From Oculina patagonica (taxonomy: Eukaryota): DNA of 64,000 nt. The stretch is taken from positions 31,992,001-32,056,000 of the forward strand of contig NC_135765.1 in NCBI RefSeq assembly GCF_052425735.1. Direction: 5' to 3'. This document shows positions 27,601-41,030 of the stretch, one piece after another (the first letter of the stretch is position 1; every line of letters begins with the position of its first letter). The notes under the pieces are model-generated. The model had not been told where the DNA came from and searched no databases. It worked only from the letters and a program-made list of their open reading frames with translations. A program made the translations under genes and the position numbers.

Positions 27601-30600
27601 TGTAAAGAGCATCTCACAGGAAGTTTGAGCATTGACGCAAGCTTTCAAAGTTTTCACGATCAGCCAGAGCTAGTGACACCAAATGTGATAGAGGAGCCCA
27701 CTCCAAAGTTTTTAACAATTAGGGTAAGAACTTGAACAAACGGAATAATCATGCCTAACAGAATGATAGTTGTTATCTTAAGGCCATTTTCAGTGACACA
27801 TTAATATATCAACCATGATAATAAAAAGAGGAGCTTAACGCGGTTTTCTTTCTTTGCAGGCACGTAAAGAAGTCTCAAGCTCGTCATCTGATGAATTAAC
27901 CGAAGGCATCAGGGGCATTAAAATTACTGACGAGAGCTACTTACTTTCCTCTGATGCTGGAAGCGAGGTGTCATCAACAACCGATGCGAGTGGGGCCTCT
28001 TCTGACGATTGCACTCGCCGTCAGAAATTAAACGTGTTCTTAGAGGAGTGTGGAATCCAACCACTTGGAAGGGCGTGGCTTGCATGGCGTGAAATTAGCG
28101 AGAGAACAAAAGAGAGATATCTGAAGCAAGAAGGCGCGGCACCAATTCCAAGTACGTGTCCTACGTCTACTGAACACCGCGTTGTTTCCTCGTCTATTCT
28201 TTCAGAAGGTTGGGCCCTTAGAGCCCCCAAAAAATCCGACAGATTTAATACAAAACAGAAGGAATATTTGGAGGCCAAGTTCAATGTTGGTCAAGTTACT
28301 GGAAGAAAAGTGAATCCCGATGTTGTCGCTAAAGACATGCGACGCGCAAGAGACGAGGGTGGAGAGAAACTTTTTTCCAGTTCCGAATTCCTAACGGTCC
28401 AACAAGTCACTTCGTTCTTTTCCCGTCTTGCTGCAAAAAGGCGACAGCAATTAGCCACTGAAGAAGACGTATGTGCAGCAACAGAAGAGGAAAACTTTTG
28501 TACGGCAAGAGAATCTGTTCTGTCGTCCTTAGATCTGCAACATCCGATAACATATGACCAATTCAACATTTGTGCATTGGTCCGGGAGAGCAAGCTCAAT
28601 AAGTTAAAAGTTGCTATGCTTCAAGTAATTTGCGAAGCTCTCAATTTGGAAACACCTGTACCAGCCGTCAAGAGAAAAGCTCCTTACACAGCTTTGCTGG
28701 TTGATGCCGTAAGCAAGTGTTCCTGTAGCGACACTGGTTGAGTTGACGTCATCCATGTCATGATTGTTATCATAATAGTCGTCCCTAGAAATTAACTGTT
28801 TTGTTGTGTTATATGACACTGTGTCATCTGACAAGATTTAGTAGAATACGTGTTTGCATATTATGAGGCCCGAAGTATTACTTTTTCAAACCTATTTTAT
28901 ACCCCACCTGTTTCTCCACTGATCTGCCTATTTTTATGCCTTTTTTTTATCGAGAAGGTGGTGGTGAGAGTGGAGGGTGATCGCCTTTTGTATGAATTTT
29001 ACCAACTGGTGCACCCTCTCATTGGGAGATTAAAATGTAATTTAGATTCCAATCGCTTTGCCCCGCCGCACCTCCCCTGAGGGAAGTTTGTAGGGTGATC
29101 ATACGCAAGGGAAATTACCGTGACTGGGGCTGTGTCACGTAATTGCATTCCGTGAGTTTGCGCGCGAACAAACGGTTGGTAACAATATCACACACCAGGT
29201 GCTGTTTATAGAAATGTTATATAGTGCAGAATCGTTTCACTTGTTAAAACGTCGAGTTTGGAGACATTTCTGCCGCCCAGTTGATCATTTCTAGCGGTTG
29301 TTTAGTTTGGTTGGTTAGGAACATTGTAGACATTTATGTAAGTATATTGTGTGTACATTTAAGAAGTAATATTTATAATTTATGATCACAAACAAGCCGC
29401 AGTTTCGTTACTATTTATGTTAACACCGAGGTTATCTTTGCAACTATCGTGATGGTTAATTCAGTTATTTTTAAACAGCAAAGGTTCAGGACGAGACAAA
29501 TGCAAATATTAGCCGTCACGAAACTGGAAGTTTTAAATTCGTTTGAGTCACTTCCAGTAGGGTCAGCAATGTTCAAATAAATACGTTCCCCCTTAAAGAA
29601 AATAATGTTAAACATTAATAGATTTAAGCACATAAAAGGTGATTTTAACATCACACAACCGTAGTTTTGCACAATAAGACAACCTGAACTATCATTGAAG
29701 GGACGCAAATGTTTACTTTTCTCTTTTCCTTCTGTAAACACGCCGACGGTTTGATTTATTCCTGGGTAGTTTTTCTGTGATTTAATTAAGATAAAGAAAT
29801 ACTTACGCTCCCATCATTAAGGACTTTATACCATGAACATGTTTTAAGTAAATTGGGTCGGATTATGTTTTATTTTGTTCTATCTATGAGAAGCGTGATT
29901 TGCCTTTAATTTAATTTATACCACGCCGTTCACATCCAGACAGAATGTCGAGACCGAAACGTACATCTTCCTAATTACTAATCCCGCAACGAAAGCTGTT
30001 CTTTCTTGCTAGAGCAACTACCAAGACCGATGCACACTGAATTTTAAAACCTGTTTAAACGTTCAAGTTCTTTCGTGGCATTTATCGGGATCTTTACGGT
30101 ACAAAAGCCGCTAGGAAGAATTATATTTCGGGACAAATTCACAAATAGTTACTATAAATAGAGAGAGTCAGAGCGAAAAACAGCCTTTATGGTTAATTCT
30201 CTCAGCGGAACAGTTTTTACGGGCCACCAGTAATATTTTTCAGACAGAGAGAAGAAAGGTTTAGCTTCAATTTGGTGTTGTTTTTTAACTCCAAAACAAT
30301 ATACCAGACCGCTTTTGACAATCTTGAAGTTAGCTAATATTCGCCCTGTCGTTTATGTTCTAGAAATGGGTCGGTTGTCGAAGATCGTAACTTTTCTTAA
30401 ACGTGATATTTTCGAACAAAATATATCTGAAAATAAACTTCAAGAGATACCTAAACAGCTGTGTAAAGGGTATACTGAGTAGTTGTTTGGTATGTATACA
30501 CGAGTGTCGTGAAAACACCTTAAATTTCATCCAAAATGGTCGCCACGGTGGATGTGCTTTTCGAATTTTTAACTTTTCTTAATTTTAAAAAAAGTTAAAG

Positions 30601-30724
30601 GAAACTGAACCGTTTAATGTCATTTTCGAAAATAGTTTACTAAAAGGTTTATTTGGGGCAAATAAAAATAAAATTGAAATTCCCTTTCTGTCGGACGATT
30701 CTCGAAAAATTCAGAATCTGTCTC
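24668..30724 (+). mobile_element. Sola3-type DNA transposon, internally deleted, with 1389-bp TIRs
   Basis: TTAA is duplicated at 24664-24667 and 30725-30728, and the termini are GAG...CTC. TIRs 24668-26056 and 29336-30724 are nearly identical (four mismatches noticed). The internal gene has a GWAL motif. These match the described Sola3 hallmarks. Confidence 0.85.
26812..28741 (+). CDS. Truncated Sola3 transposase-derived protein, 473 aa, 4 exons, no recognisable catalytic core
   Basis: Exons 26812-26998, 27109-27324, 27587-27723 and 27860-28741 give 1422 nt without internal stops. A Cys/His-rich N-terminus (ICPRHR...C...H...ICKRC) joins near 28120 to the C-terminal GWALRAPKKSDRFN.KQKEYL..KF..GQ.TGRK..P...FLT.QQV.SFFSRLA region. 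Confidence 0.75.
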
Positions 30725-31441
30725 TTAAGTCGAGGCCGTTTTCACGGTGAAATAAGAGCTGTTATTCTTGCGCTTGTGCTTGCGTTTGTGCTTGCGTCGC
30801 TAGTGAGCACCAGGCTTAAGTAAAATTAAGAGAAATAAGAAAATATAGGAGATTTAATTTGAAGTTAAAAATTGGTTACCAGACAGTCCCCCTGACAACC
30901 TGGAGTGCTCTTGCGTGGGGGTCAACTCTTACTATCTAGTGGTGTTTCAAAAACTTTTTTCTCTCTTTAACCCCTTCTTTAAACTTCCTAAAATTCCATT
31001 CAAATTCGGATATACATAAGGAGGAAAACGATCTTACAACGATAGTTTCGGTTTCGTGAGGAGCGATGAATTTTCAACACACCTTTTCGACATCCCTTGT
31101 CTGCAATCTCCGACTCACTGGTGACAAACATGTCTGTCACTTGTCTCTCTTCTCATATTTCTCAACTCTTTATTTCCCATCACCCCTTGAGTGCGTGTAT
31201 TTTATTTTTTGGCTACAAAGACATCTAACTAGCTAGGGGTCACTTCGGGTGTTTACACAAGAAAAGCTCCCTTTACTGGAAACAATACCTTCAGCTTGCT
31301 CGTGTTTATATAAAAACTTGTCATCGGAAAAGCAAACAAGATTATTCTGTCCATTCTCGAGATAAACGACAGCGCAAGAACAAATGCTCATCGCGTTTTA
31401 AAATTCCAGGCCGACGTCACGCTCAAATTAGCTAAATTAGA

Positions 31442-34400
31442 ATGTCGGACGTCGGTAATATTAAAGAGAAAGACAGAGAGGATGCGAAGGAGAAAGTTCT
31501 TGTCGTTGATTGTGAAATTGAGAGTTGGAAAGACGGCCATTGGGGCTGGGTTGTTTGTCTGTCTGCCGCTCTTGTGCAATTTGTCGTCCTTGGGATACAC
31601 AACAGTTTTGGGATTCTGTACATTGTATTCGTGAGGGAATACGGATGGAGCAAGGCGTTGACTGGTAAGTCAAAAGAATTTCTTTTTAAATCTTGTATTT
31701 GCTTTAGGCAAGGCATAGCTTTTTATTTCATGGGTAAGGTTTAATTTCTCGAGCTTTTGCGCGAACTACGCAAATTTTCTTCTGTGTAATGAACACGCCA
31801 CCTTGGAGGTCTTATTACTTGGGAATTGGGTTTGGAAATTCCCGGGGTCGGTTCCGGAAATGCGCAATCTAAAATGCACAAGTTTCCTGTCTATATTTAT
31901 TATAGTGTTCTAGTCACGATTTACTTTCTTATTAACGGTTCAAATTTCTTCTTAATTAATTTCTTCCGAATTAATTGTGCGTCAGTTAATTGTTATCTTT
32001 GAAGGACGGTTAAATGATCTTAAATTGTGTCTTTTGTTCCGTAGATTAGACAGAGGGCGGGGTACAAAAACATTGTTAGGGATTGTTCTCTTAGCATTGT
32101 ATGCCCCTGATGAAGGTTGGTTTTGTTCAACCGAAATATTGGGCCAAAATAAATTTATAACATCAGTCCCTAGCTGTTTGATAAGCCCTGCATTTAAAGT
32201 TTGATTGTTAGGGATCTCTAACTAAATATGGATACCCTAGCTTGTAGCTGTTCTTTCAATCGCCTTCTTACAATTCATAAACATGGCTCGATTGCAATTT
32301 GTGCATATCAAAAGAGAATCAAGAAAATTAAAGGACATTTTAAACGTTAAGATTCAAGAGCAACCCAAAAGAGTTTTTCTGTATTTTTGACCTAACCTCT
32401 TGCCCTGGTGATTGTAAGTTTATTCGTGATAAGATAAAGAATTGAAGTACAGCGCACCTGGATCAGTACAACTTTAAATGACTGGCATTGTTTCAAAAAT
32501 AGCTTGTTATCTTGTCAAATTCAGCAGCGTTCTTGATCGCTTGCTCATGATCCCGTGAAAAATGATATTGCAACCGTAGCGAAATTTATGACATTGTAAG
32601 AGGTCACTTGAACATGTTGAAGGTCTAAATCGTGGGTGAAGGGATGAAGGAGGAATAAGCTTTGCAAACATATATATTTTTCTTTTATCGCACGTCGAAA
32701 CCACGTTGTCGCCGCGTCAAATAGTTCTAAAAGACGAGGAGAGATTAGAATAGTCTGAATTTCAGACGTCTTCTCTGGTACTCCCGAGAGGACCGAAATA
32801 GGGGCCGAAGCTACCAGAAAAGACGCTGAAATTCAGGCTTCGATTAGACTGAACGATTCTTAAAACTGAGCAGAGCAGGCCAAATTTACTATAGCTGTAA
32901 AGTTTCAGTACACCACGTTCAACGTTAAGAATAGCTTTGAGGATTTTGAAATTGCTAAATTTGAGAGTGTTTATGGCTTCAAAATTTGACCCCTCTCAAT
33001 GGCTCGCGTTTTTCTGCTCAGGAAACGATTATAGATAATCTGGTAAAGCATAAGTTCTCCTGGGCCAGGCCTCACTGAATCGAAAATACATGAAGGAACA
33101 AAATAATGAAAAATGCTTAACGGGGTCCCGGCGAAACCTTCCATAAATTGTCACGGTTCGCGCCGGTAAACTTCTTTCTCTTTCCCACAATCCACCGATC
33201 CCGACCCACAGTTCTATTTCTCGCGTGCGTATGACTGTAACACGAGCTATAGACACACCCCCTGTACCGCCCCCTCTTCTTGTCGTAAACAACAGCTTTG
33301 CACATGCAATGTCATATGTATTTCCTATTGAGGATCAAGTGACTGTTCAAAAGGAAATATATTATATATCGCTCATGTTTTACAGATAAACAAATTATGC
33401 TGAAAAATTGTTTTCAGGGGCTCTTAAATCGCCTGAAACGGCTTCACATTCACTGCCACGCTTCGACCTCGGAACCGATCGATTTACGTACCCTTCTTCC
33501 CCCCAGGGTGTACTTGGGAATTCAAGTGACAGGTATGATTGAATGGGGCAATAATCAAGACCGAGAAACATCCCTAGGGATTCCAACGAAACCCCCAAAG
33601 ATCCCTTGTTCAAAAATAACCCCCCAAAAATCATGATCAACAGCAAAACACGTTTGTTTGTACTTTATTGGCAGAACTACGCAGTCAGGGCACTACCACG
33701 AATCTGTAGATTGTTTTTAGTACCAGCCTAGTGCCCAAAAAATACCTACTTACATAAAAAATACTTGCCAAATTTTTCTACCCCAAAAACTCCCAGAATC
33801 AAAAATTTCAAACCCAAAAAACCCTTGCAACATCCCCGTCATTTGATATCCCGAGTACTCCCCACGCTCCCCTCCCCCCCAAAAAAAATCACTGTCTTTT
33901 CCCCAGGTAAATTTTTGATAGAAAATGATATTTTCGTCAGGCTTGAATTGTTCTTTTGAAACATGTTTCGCACCATAGCTGTGATTTTTCACAAAAATTT
34001 CCGTGAGAAGAATTGAGCAGTTATATCCGAAAGTTGTGATTTTCTTTTAGGACCCCGTATAACGAAGTCCCTGGTATAACGAACGGTATTTTTCAGCCTG
34101 GTCAAAGATGCTCACAGTAATTGGAACAAAACCTCGGTATAATCAAGTATAACGAGTCTTCTTTATAACAGACGATTTTCCCAGTAGGGTCTTGCAGTAT
34201 TTTACAAATTTGTGAGAGATGTTGCCCTGACCGCTTTTCTAGTCCCCAGAGGCTCAATTGTTTTGTTGTTCTGTTTCAGTGTCATGGCGGAATTAAGCAA
34301 GGAAGTTAGTGCACTGTGTTTTTACGGATGTACTCAGCCTAGGTAAAAACTAGTAGTTTCCTTCTTTTAAAACATTTGCTGCTATTTTCTTCGTAGGTTA

Positions 34401-37209
34401 CATAGGGTCTATGGGACTGGGCATGAACTTCTTTTTTGGCCCTTTCACTAGCGCACTTTGTGATCGATTTGGTTGTCGGATCGTCGCCATGTTCGGTGGA
34501 ATCATCTCCGTTACTGCTATGTTTGCAACTTCCTTCGTCAACAGCCTCGTTCCCATTTACTTGACCTATAGCATTTTGTGGGGAATGGGCTCCAGCATGT
34601 GTTACGTCCCGACATTCCTCATGGTCGGCAGATACTTTGAACGTCGGAGATCCTTAGCGAATGGGATCATTACAGCGGGGAGCGCTGTCGGTGCTCTAGT
34701 TATGGGACCTACTATAAACATGCTCTTAGAAAGTGTTGGTTGGCGTAACACAATGAGGTTCCTTGGTGGTGTTTCTTGCGTCATGGTTTTGGCTGCCTTG
34801 ACTTACAGACCTGCGCCTGTGAAGAGAGAAGTAAATTTTGAAAAGAAAAAGAAAAAACTTATTGATATATCCGTGTGGAAAAACAAAGGATTCGTTGTGT
34901 GGGCATTGGCGCTTGGAATATTCAATCTGGGATATTTCGTTCCTTATGTGTACTTGGTAAGGTTTTACTCTTGTTTAATTTGCTTTGCCATTTGCTGCTT
35001 ACTTTAGTCATGAGAATGGAATTATTTTAGTACTTAGCTCAAACTGTTGATTCTCCTTACTAACTGCCACGCATTTCTTAAGTTTTGTTGTTAGTTGTGA
35101 AAATTCGGTTGTATATAAAGACCGTATCCTCTAGTTGATGACTTGCTTTATTTTCATTGCCTGTCTAACGACAATTGATTCCGCTTTTAGAGCAGTTTTT
35201 TATTGAGTGTCGTAAAACCAAAAGCAAAGTAATTACTCTGGCCAATCACTAAAGACATAGACAATCCAGTGAACCAATCAAATTTGAAGCAAATACATGT
35301 CGCAGACCCGAAGCGCGGGAAAACGTGCGCGGGCGAGTCACGATTGTTTTTTGTTTTAGTTTTTAATGGCTAGGAAGTGGCGCAAGATTTTTAATTAAAC
35401 CAATCACTTAGCGTAGTTATGCAAAACCAAAGCAAACACGAATTACTTTCGACACTCAAGTGAAAACCGCTCTAATAGAGTAATAACAGAGGAGGTGCGT
35501 CAGACTTCCCACAGTACATTGCAAAATAACTAAAATTCCTGTTCCGACGGATGTTGTTGCAACTCAATTTTTTTTCCTTTTCTTCTTTCAGTGTGCAGAG
35601 GTCTACTTTCAAAATTATGGGTCCTTGAGTACGGTTGAAGTTTTCTTTCGACCAACTGTAATCGTGTTTTGAAATCGATGTTCTCGAGTTCAATACGTAA
35701 ACTCCCGTTATGTGAAAAGTTTTGTTGCTCGCATTTAAATTGATAAAAATAATGATTAATCTGATGTTATTTTTTCTCAACTTACAGCCGACGCATGCAA
35801 GCTACTTAAACATACCTGAATCACAGGCATCGTTTCTGATCGGCTTCCTGTCGGTTGGTTCGCTATTTGGTCGGCTCTTCTTCGGCCACTTCTCGGATTA
35901 CCGATGGGTCAATCGTCTGTACCTTTACCAAACGGCACTGCTGATTATGGCTGTTACGACCACGTTGTGTCCTCTGGCCACAAGCTATGGCGGGCTCATC
36001 GTCTACACGATCTTATTCGGGATATTTGATGGCGTGTTTGTAGCGTTGATTGCAGTCCTTACTGGAGATATTGTTGGATTCAATAAGCTGCCGTCCGCTC
36101 TTGGCTTTCTCTATTTAGTCTTCTCTGTGCCGATTATGACTGGATCTCTTATTGCAGGTATACATTATCTTTAAGCTTATTTCTTCTTTGAAAACACAAG
36201 ATTGAGGGGGGGGGGGGGAACTTAAAGTAAAAGTTTCATAGAGCGGTTTCCTCTCGTGATCATCAGCGCGGAGTTAAGAGAAGTTTGCTTGGGAGTTGCG
36301 CGATATGGCAATGGTCTTGTTTTGTGTGATACCAAACGAATTCGTCATGAAAACCCTTTTCATCTAATGAAAACGTTCTGTATATCTTATTATAGGAAAT
36401 TAATGCTTCCTAAATTGAAGTCTTTGAAATTAACGCAACTTAAATAAACGCGAATTGGAGGGTAAATTTCTTTCATATGAAGGAAATTAACGCGAGAGAG
36501 GGGGAAATTTCTCAAAACAAAGAAAATTAACGCGAGTTATGACGTATCTAAAGATATTTTGGTTGTAGTTAAAAAACGGATGTGGAGAACCGCTCTTCTG
36601 AAAGCAAGAATGAACTGAAAATATTGCAGATGAACTATCTTTAAGACTTTTACATTGTAAAAGATTAAGAAATAGCGTGCAAAAGAGAGAAGGTTATTGT
36701 TTCCAAGTTCTATGTGTTCGGACAATATCTAGAAGGTATTTGAAAATTAACGCTCCACTTAAATAATGTCGCGGAAATTAACGCTCACGAAACGTAACGT
36801 GACTTAAATTAAGGCGAATTTTGAGAACTTCATGGAGCGTTAATTTCCTATATCAGGGTATATTAAAGTGTGTTGTTGTTTTATTGTGGGCGCCAAGTAA
36901 AGAAAATGGTTGTGTGTTATTTTTGCAGGTTTTCTCAGTGAAATCACCAGCACCTACAACGAGGCATTTTACTTCTCTGGCGCCGCCATTGCAGTGTGCA
37001 CATGCGTGCTGTCACTAGTTCCAGTCTTCGCTCCGATGAGAAGACCCGGTCCCACAGAAATTAAAATGAAATCAGATGAATTTGAGGAAAGGAAACGAAG
37101 ACCTTCGTTCTTCGAGAAATACGTGCAAAGATACTTTAGCGTTTCGAACGAAGATCCTTGTGAAGTTGTGGAATACTTGTTGGTTGTTGACAAAGTAACG
37201 GCGGTCTAG
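31442..37209 (+). CDS. SLC16: Monocarboxylate/aromatic amino acid transporter (SLC16, MCT10-like), 477 aa, 4 exons
   Basis: Exons 31442-31664, 34397-34956, 35788-36157 and 36929-37209 (1434 nt, phases consistent). Motifs DGHWGWVV, LCDRFGCR, YFERRRSLANGI..AGS, GYFVPYVYL and GRLFFG. Confidence 0.93.
32090..32203 (+). repeat. Penelope-like terminal repeat fragment containing a minimal hammerhead ribozyme motif (copy 1)
   Basis: gccc-CTGATGA-a-ggttg-gttttgtt-caacc-GAAA-ta-TT-gggc at 32103-32144. Nearly identical to 60505-60618. Confidence 0.65.
32751..32838. mobile_element. Small palindromic MITE-like element
   Basis: agtctgaatttcagacgtcttctctggta ... taccagaaaagacgctgaaattcaggct. Confidence 0.55.
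35188..35474. mobile_element. MITE, same family as 23524-23800 (opposite orientation)
   Basis: tagagcagttttttattgagtgtcgtaaaacc ... gacactcaagtgaaaaccgctcta. Confidence 0.8.
36381..36861. mobile_element. MITE with repeated aaattaacgc motifs
   Basis: TIRs tatatcttattataggaaattaatgc / gcgttaatttcctatatcagggtata, with several internal aaattaacgc copies. Confidence 0.6.
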
Positions 37210-38611
37210 ACTTCATTGAAATATGACAAAAGAGCTTGAAGATGAAAAAAGTTTTTTTAGCACACTTTCAAGTACCTTTTGTTATCGAATTTTTAGATAA
37301 TATAATAATTCATGTTTCTCCTTAGGTCTCTAATATACATCTTCCAGTTGGAAAATCCAAAAACATCCCAAGTTTCAATTGACAAGAGTTCCGATAAAAT
37401 ACGACAAACCAACCACACAAGATTCTTTCTATGGCGTAAGCGTCCTCCACTAAATCCAAGGACTTTTTTTGAAACTCTCGCTGTCACGGTCCGCACTTGG
37501 TCCGCATGCGAGCAACATAACTTCCGGTGAAGTAATTTTCCGGTTCGCTCTAAACAAAAAAAATACAACACTATAGAAAATGGGGAAAAGAAAATAAATC
37601 CTGGACAATAGACTTACTCCAGACGTTTACGAGAATCGTGCCATGGTCATTACTCTATTGAAGAAAGTTTACACGAATCTTAGTTTATTATTGTAGTGAC
37701 ACCTGACGTTTTTGTAGCTAACTCAGAAACTCCTTACCTTACCCCGTGGTTAGGTTAAAGTTTAGCCCATGTCTCCGTGTTTTCGTCAGATGATTTAAAT
37801 GTCGAATGAAATTCAGCCGCGCCTTAATTCATTGCAAAATTTTGTCTTTAGATTACTGTAAAATGATAAAAAATGATAATAATATATTTTTGTATTCATT
37901 TGATAAAAATGCATATCAAATCTTGCAATTAAAGGAATAATAGAAATAAATAGAAATACAAAGTCCATACTCGATCACAACTATCAGCGTCACGCCAGAG
38001 TTGTGTAACACGACTAAGCATGTCGTGACAAACGACTCTGATTCAAAGAAACTGTCGTATCCATAACGATAACTACTGACATGCAGGAGCTATAATAGGG
38101 TTATGACTGTGAGTTTATGATTTTTTTTTTCGCCGCCCTCCTTCCACAATCCGCAGTCCGTCCGCATCCACACTTTACAGAGTCCCCAGGGAAAGGGAGC
38201 CGTTTTTAGTTCTTTATTTTTATCTTAGAATTTTATTCAGTCATAGCAAAACTGAATCAATAAAGGGTGGTAAAGGGTATTTGCGTGACCCGTGATAGGC
38301 CCTTTTTCTCGGACGTATAGTAAAAACCTCAAACAAGGCTTTGTTTTAGATGGAATTTTTCAAAACTATAACGTTCTGTAACTAATGTTAAAAAAACATT
38401 CTCTTTTTTCCGTGAAGCGTGAATGCCAGTATTGCTGTTTTCGTTAATTGTGTAAAGACCGTTTTATTTTTCTTGAAATATGATCTATACCCCACTTTTC
38501 CTCCCTCAAAGACAAGCTCCTTCGTCTATTGCAAACTGAATGGGGTCTTCCATCACAGGAAGATAACGTGGTGTCCGCCATTTTGTTCTGATGCAACACA
38601 TCCATATTTGG

Positions 38612-40546
38612 AATAGACCATTTGCATTATGACGTAAAAGCGCAAAGACTTCTGGTAATTGTAGTTAAGTTCGCGGGAAATTTTGAATCGTCATCAAGCC
38701 CGCTTGCCCAAGAAAATCGTGATGGAGATAAAGAAAATTACCCTCACCGAAGAAGACGTCCCTGTGGCTTTATTTAAAAGGCAAAAAGCAAGCTCTCAGT
38801 ATAAAACCAAGCCCGTTAAAATGAAAAAAGTTACGCAAGATATCGTTTATTTGCTTGATTGCGTTTTGTAGTGAAGTTTCAACGAGTGTTTCAAATTCCT
38901 CCAGTGGAGTCTCAGTCGCGCGGTTATTTATTTAAGTTCCTAAAACTTTTGCTTGCAAGGTAATATTTATATATTTTTTATTTTCAAATAATTTACGAAG
39001 ACGCAATATGTTACCCTTTCTAAACATGGGGGAGTACATGATGTCTACACTCGCTAAAATCTTTGAGGCTCATCGTTCGAGTCTCACAAGTAATCGCTCA
39101 TCAACAAAATTATGTAAATAAAATTACCGTATTTACTCGAATAAGCGCCGCCCCCGAAAAAGCGCCGCCCTCGAATAAGCGCCGCATTTGGGACCAAGAA
39201 GTTAATAAGCGCCGCAGTCCCGATGAGGCGCTTATTCGAGGAATTCAGTATAACTGAAACTAACACTACAAAGCAACTCTTTAATAGCCTTGGAAATTCC
39301 TTTTCGTCAAAAGCGATGTTTCGCAGTTCAAAGTTATTATATTTTAACGCTCCGCCATACGTAGTTCTCAGTAACGTTGTGAAGGCCGTGAACTTTGTCG
39401 GGACAGCAAGCGCAAACTGAAACTCTCTTCCGTAAGAGACGAAATACTGACAATCAAAAGTCCCTTTTTTAGTTACTGTTGAAGTTTCGTCTATATTAGA
39501 TTGTTTGTGGCGTCCAATTTTTAAATAAGCGCCGCCCTCAAATAAGCGCCGCCCTCGAATAAGCGCCGCACTTGAAGCACAAAAAATTTAATAAGCGCCG
39601 CGGCGCTTATTCGAGTAAATACGGTATATTTGCTCACACGGCCCTCGCTCGTATTGAAACCACGACTCCTAATCGACGAGTTGACATTTCCAGTACAAGA
39701 AACAAGAAAGCTTCTTTGTTAAAGAAAATTGCAATGACAGTTCTAATTTGACGAAAAAAGAAATACAGTTTTAAGATAAATAAACAACTAATCTGTATTC
39801 ACCTGCACAGGGAAGTTTTGATTGATCAGCTTGGAAATCCTTTATCATTGATCCTTCATGATTCATCGACGAAGCTCGATTGAACGAGGAAAATTATTTG
39901 ACTCGGTTCTCTGTCTCACTGTAAAAATAAATTAAACTGACCGTCCCGCCGAGCAATCATGATATATGGTGAATTTTGTAAGCTTTTCAGTCAAGAATTA
40001 ATTCACCTGCGATCGATGGAAGCGATCGTTTGTTAAACGTCTGAAAATAGATGATGAACAAAGTCATTGGCTTGCCTTGCTTTCACTTGATTCCACACAA
40101 ATTTAGTCATATCCTAGACCCGTCCTTTCAAGCAATCTGTTTCCAGTGCGCGATTTTTTGAAGCTGTGGTTTTAGGCTAAAATTATTTTACGAAGAGAAG
40201 TTCTCGGCCGCGATGAATGAAATTCTTCCAAGTCAACTCCGCCACATAAAGTACATATTAAACTTACTTGAACACGAACAACATTTGTCAGTCAATTTTC
40301 ATTTCAAAGCTATCATCCTGTTTTCTATATTTTTGACAGGTAACTGAAATCTGAATGTATAAGCAAATTTCGAAACGACAAGAGCGTAAACTTTAGCAGC
40401 TCAGCTTCAAATAAATGTCTCAGATGCCCACCTTCCCGCTTGGCTGCCCTTAGCCAATCACAAGCTAGAAATGGTGTTTTCCCGCGAACCTAACTACAAC
40501 TACCAGAAGTCTTTGCGCTTTTACGTCATAATGCAAATGGTCTATT
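38612..40546. mobile_element. ~1.9-kb non-autonomous DNA transposon
   Basis: Perfect ~46-bp TIR aatagaccatttgcattatgacgtaaaagcgcaaagacttctggta, extending imperfectly to ~70 bp (gtagtt..gttcgcgggaaa). Confidence 0.85.
39127..39624. mobile_element. Tc1/mariner-pogo-like MITE nested in 38612-40546
   Basis: ta|ccgtatttactcgaataagcgcc ... ggcgcttattcgagtaaatacgg|ta, with TA duplication and many aataagcgccgc subterminal repeats. Confidence 0.85.
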
Positions 40547-41030
40547 AATCACCTCAGGATACCCAAACGTCAGCCAGTCCGCACCAGCGCCCTCTTCCCG
40601 TTCCACTTCAGCAAAAAAGCGCTCATTGACGTACAAAGATGTTTCTAAAGTTCACTTATGCGATATTATCCATAAGAATGTTAAAGACCTAGAATTTTGG
40701 TCCAAATCATTCCTCGTCAGAACTCATCTATCGAAACAGAGAAACACTTTAAGCTACTTTAATTTGAAGTAATTTAATACATTTTCTGTATCAACGCTAA
40801 ATATTGTTTACATTCATGTCGTGAAATACTTTGTCTTTGAAATACTTCCGATACTTTGTCCTTTGTAATTGTAAAATAACCATTTAATTATTATATTTAA
40901 ACAATTAATATTATTATTATTCGGTAGTAGTTTATTATGTTTTTATTGTGAATATTTAGTACGGTTAATTATGCGTAATCTTATTAGTTCTAGTAAGTGT
41001 CTTGTAATTGAAAGGAATTTTATTCTACTA

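Larger units (their letters stand above)
24530..30816. mobile_element. Harbinger-like MITE (~230 bp) split by the Sola3 insertion
   Basis: taa|agcctgggtttcactagcgacgcaagcacaa ... ttgtgcttgcgtcgctagtgagcaccaggct|taa: TIRs with TAA duplication. The halves are 24530-24667 and 30729-30816. Confidence 0.8.

Noticed and set aside
24664-30728. piggyBac or Kolobok assignment because of the TTAA duplication
   Set aside because: GAG...CTC ends, kilobase TIRs and the GWAL-containing protein fit Sola3 better. piggyBac ends are usually CC...GG.
39127-39624. Regularly recurring aataagcgccgc (and taagacggacac at 47793-48336) resembling a CRISPR array
   Set aside because: These are short, irregularly spaced subterminal motifs inside MITEs of a eukaryote, with no cas genes.
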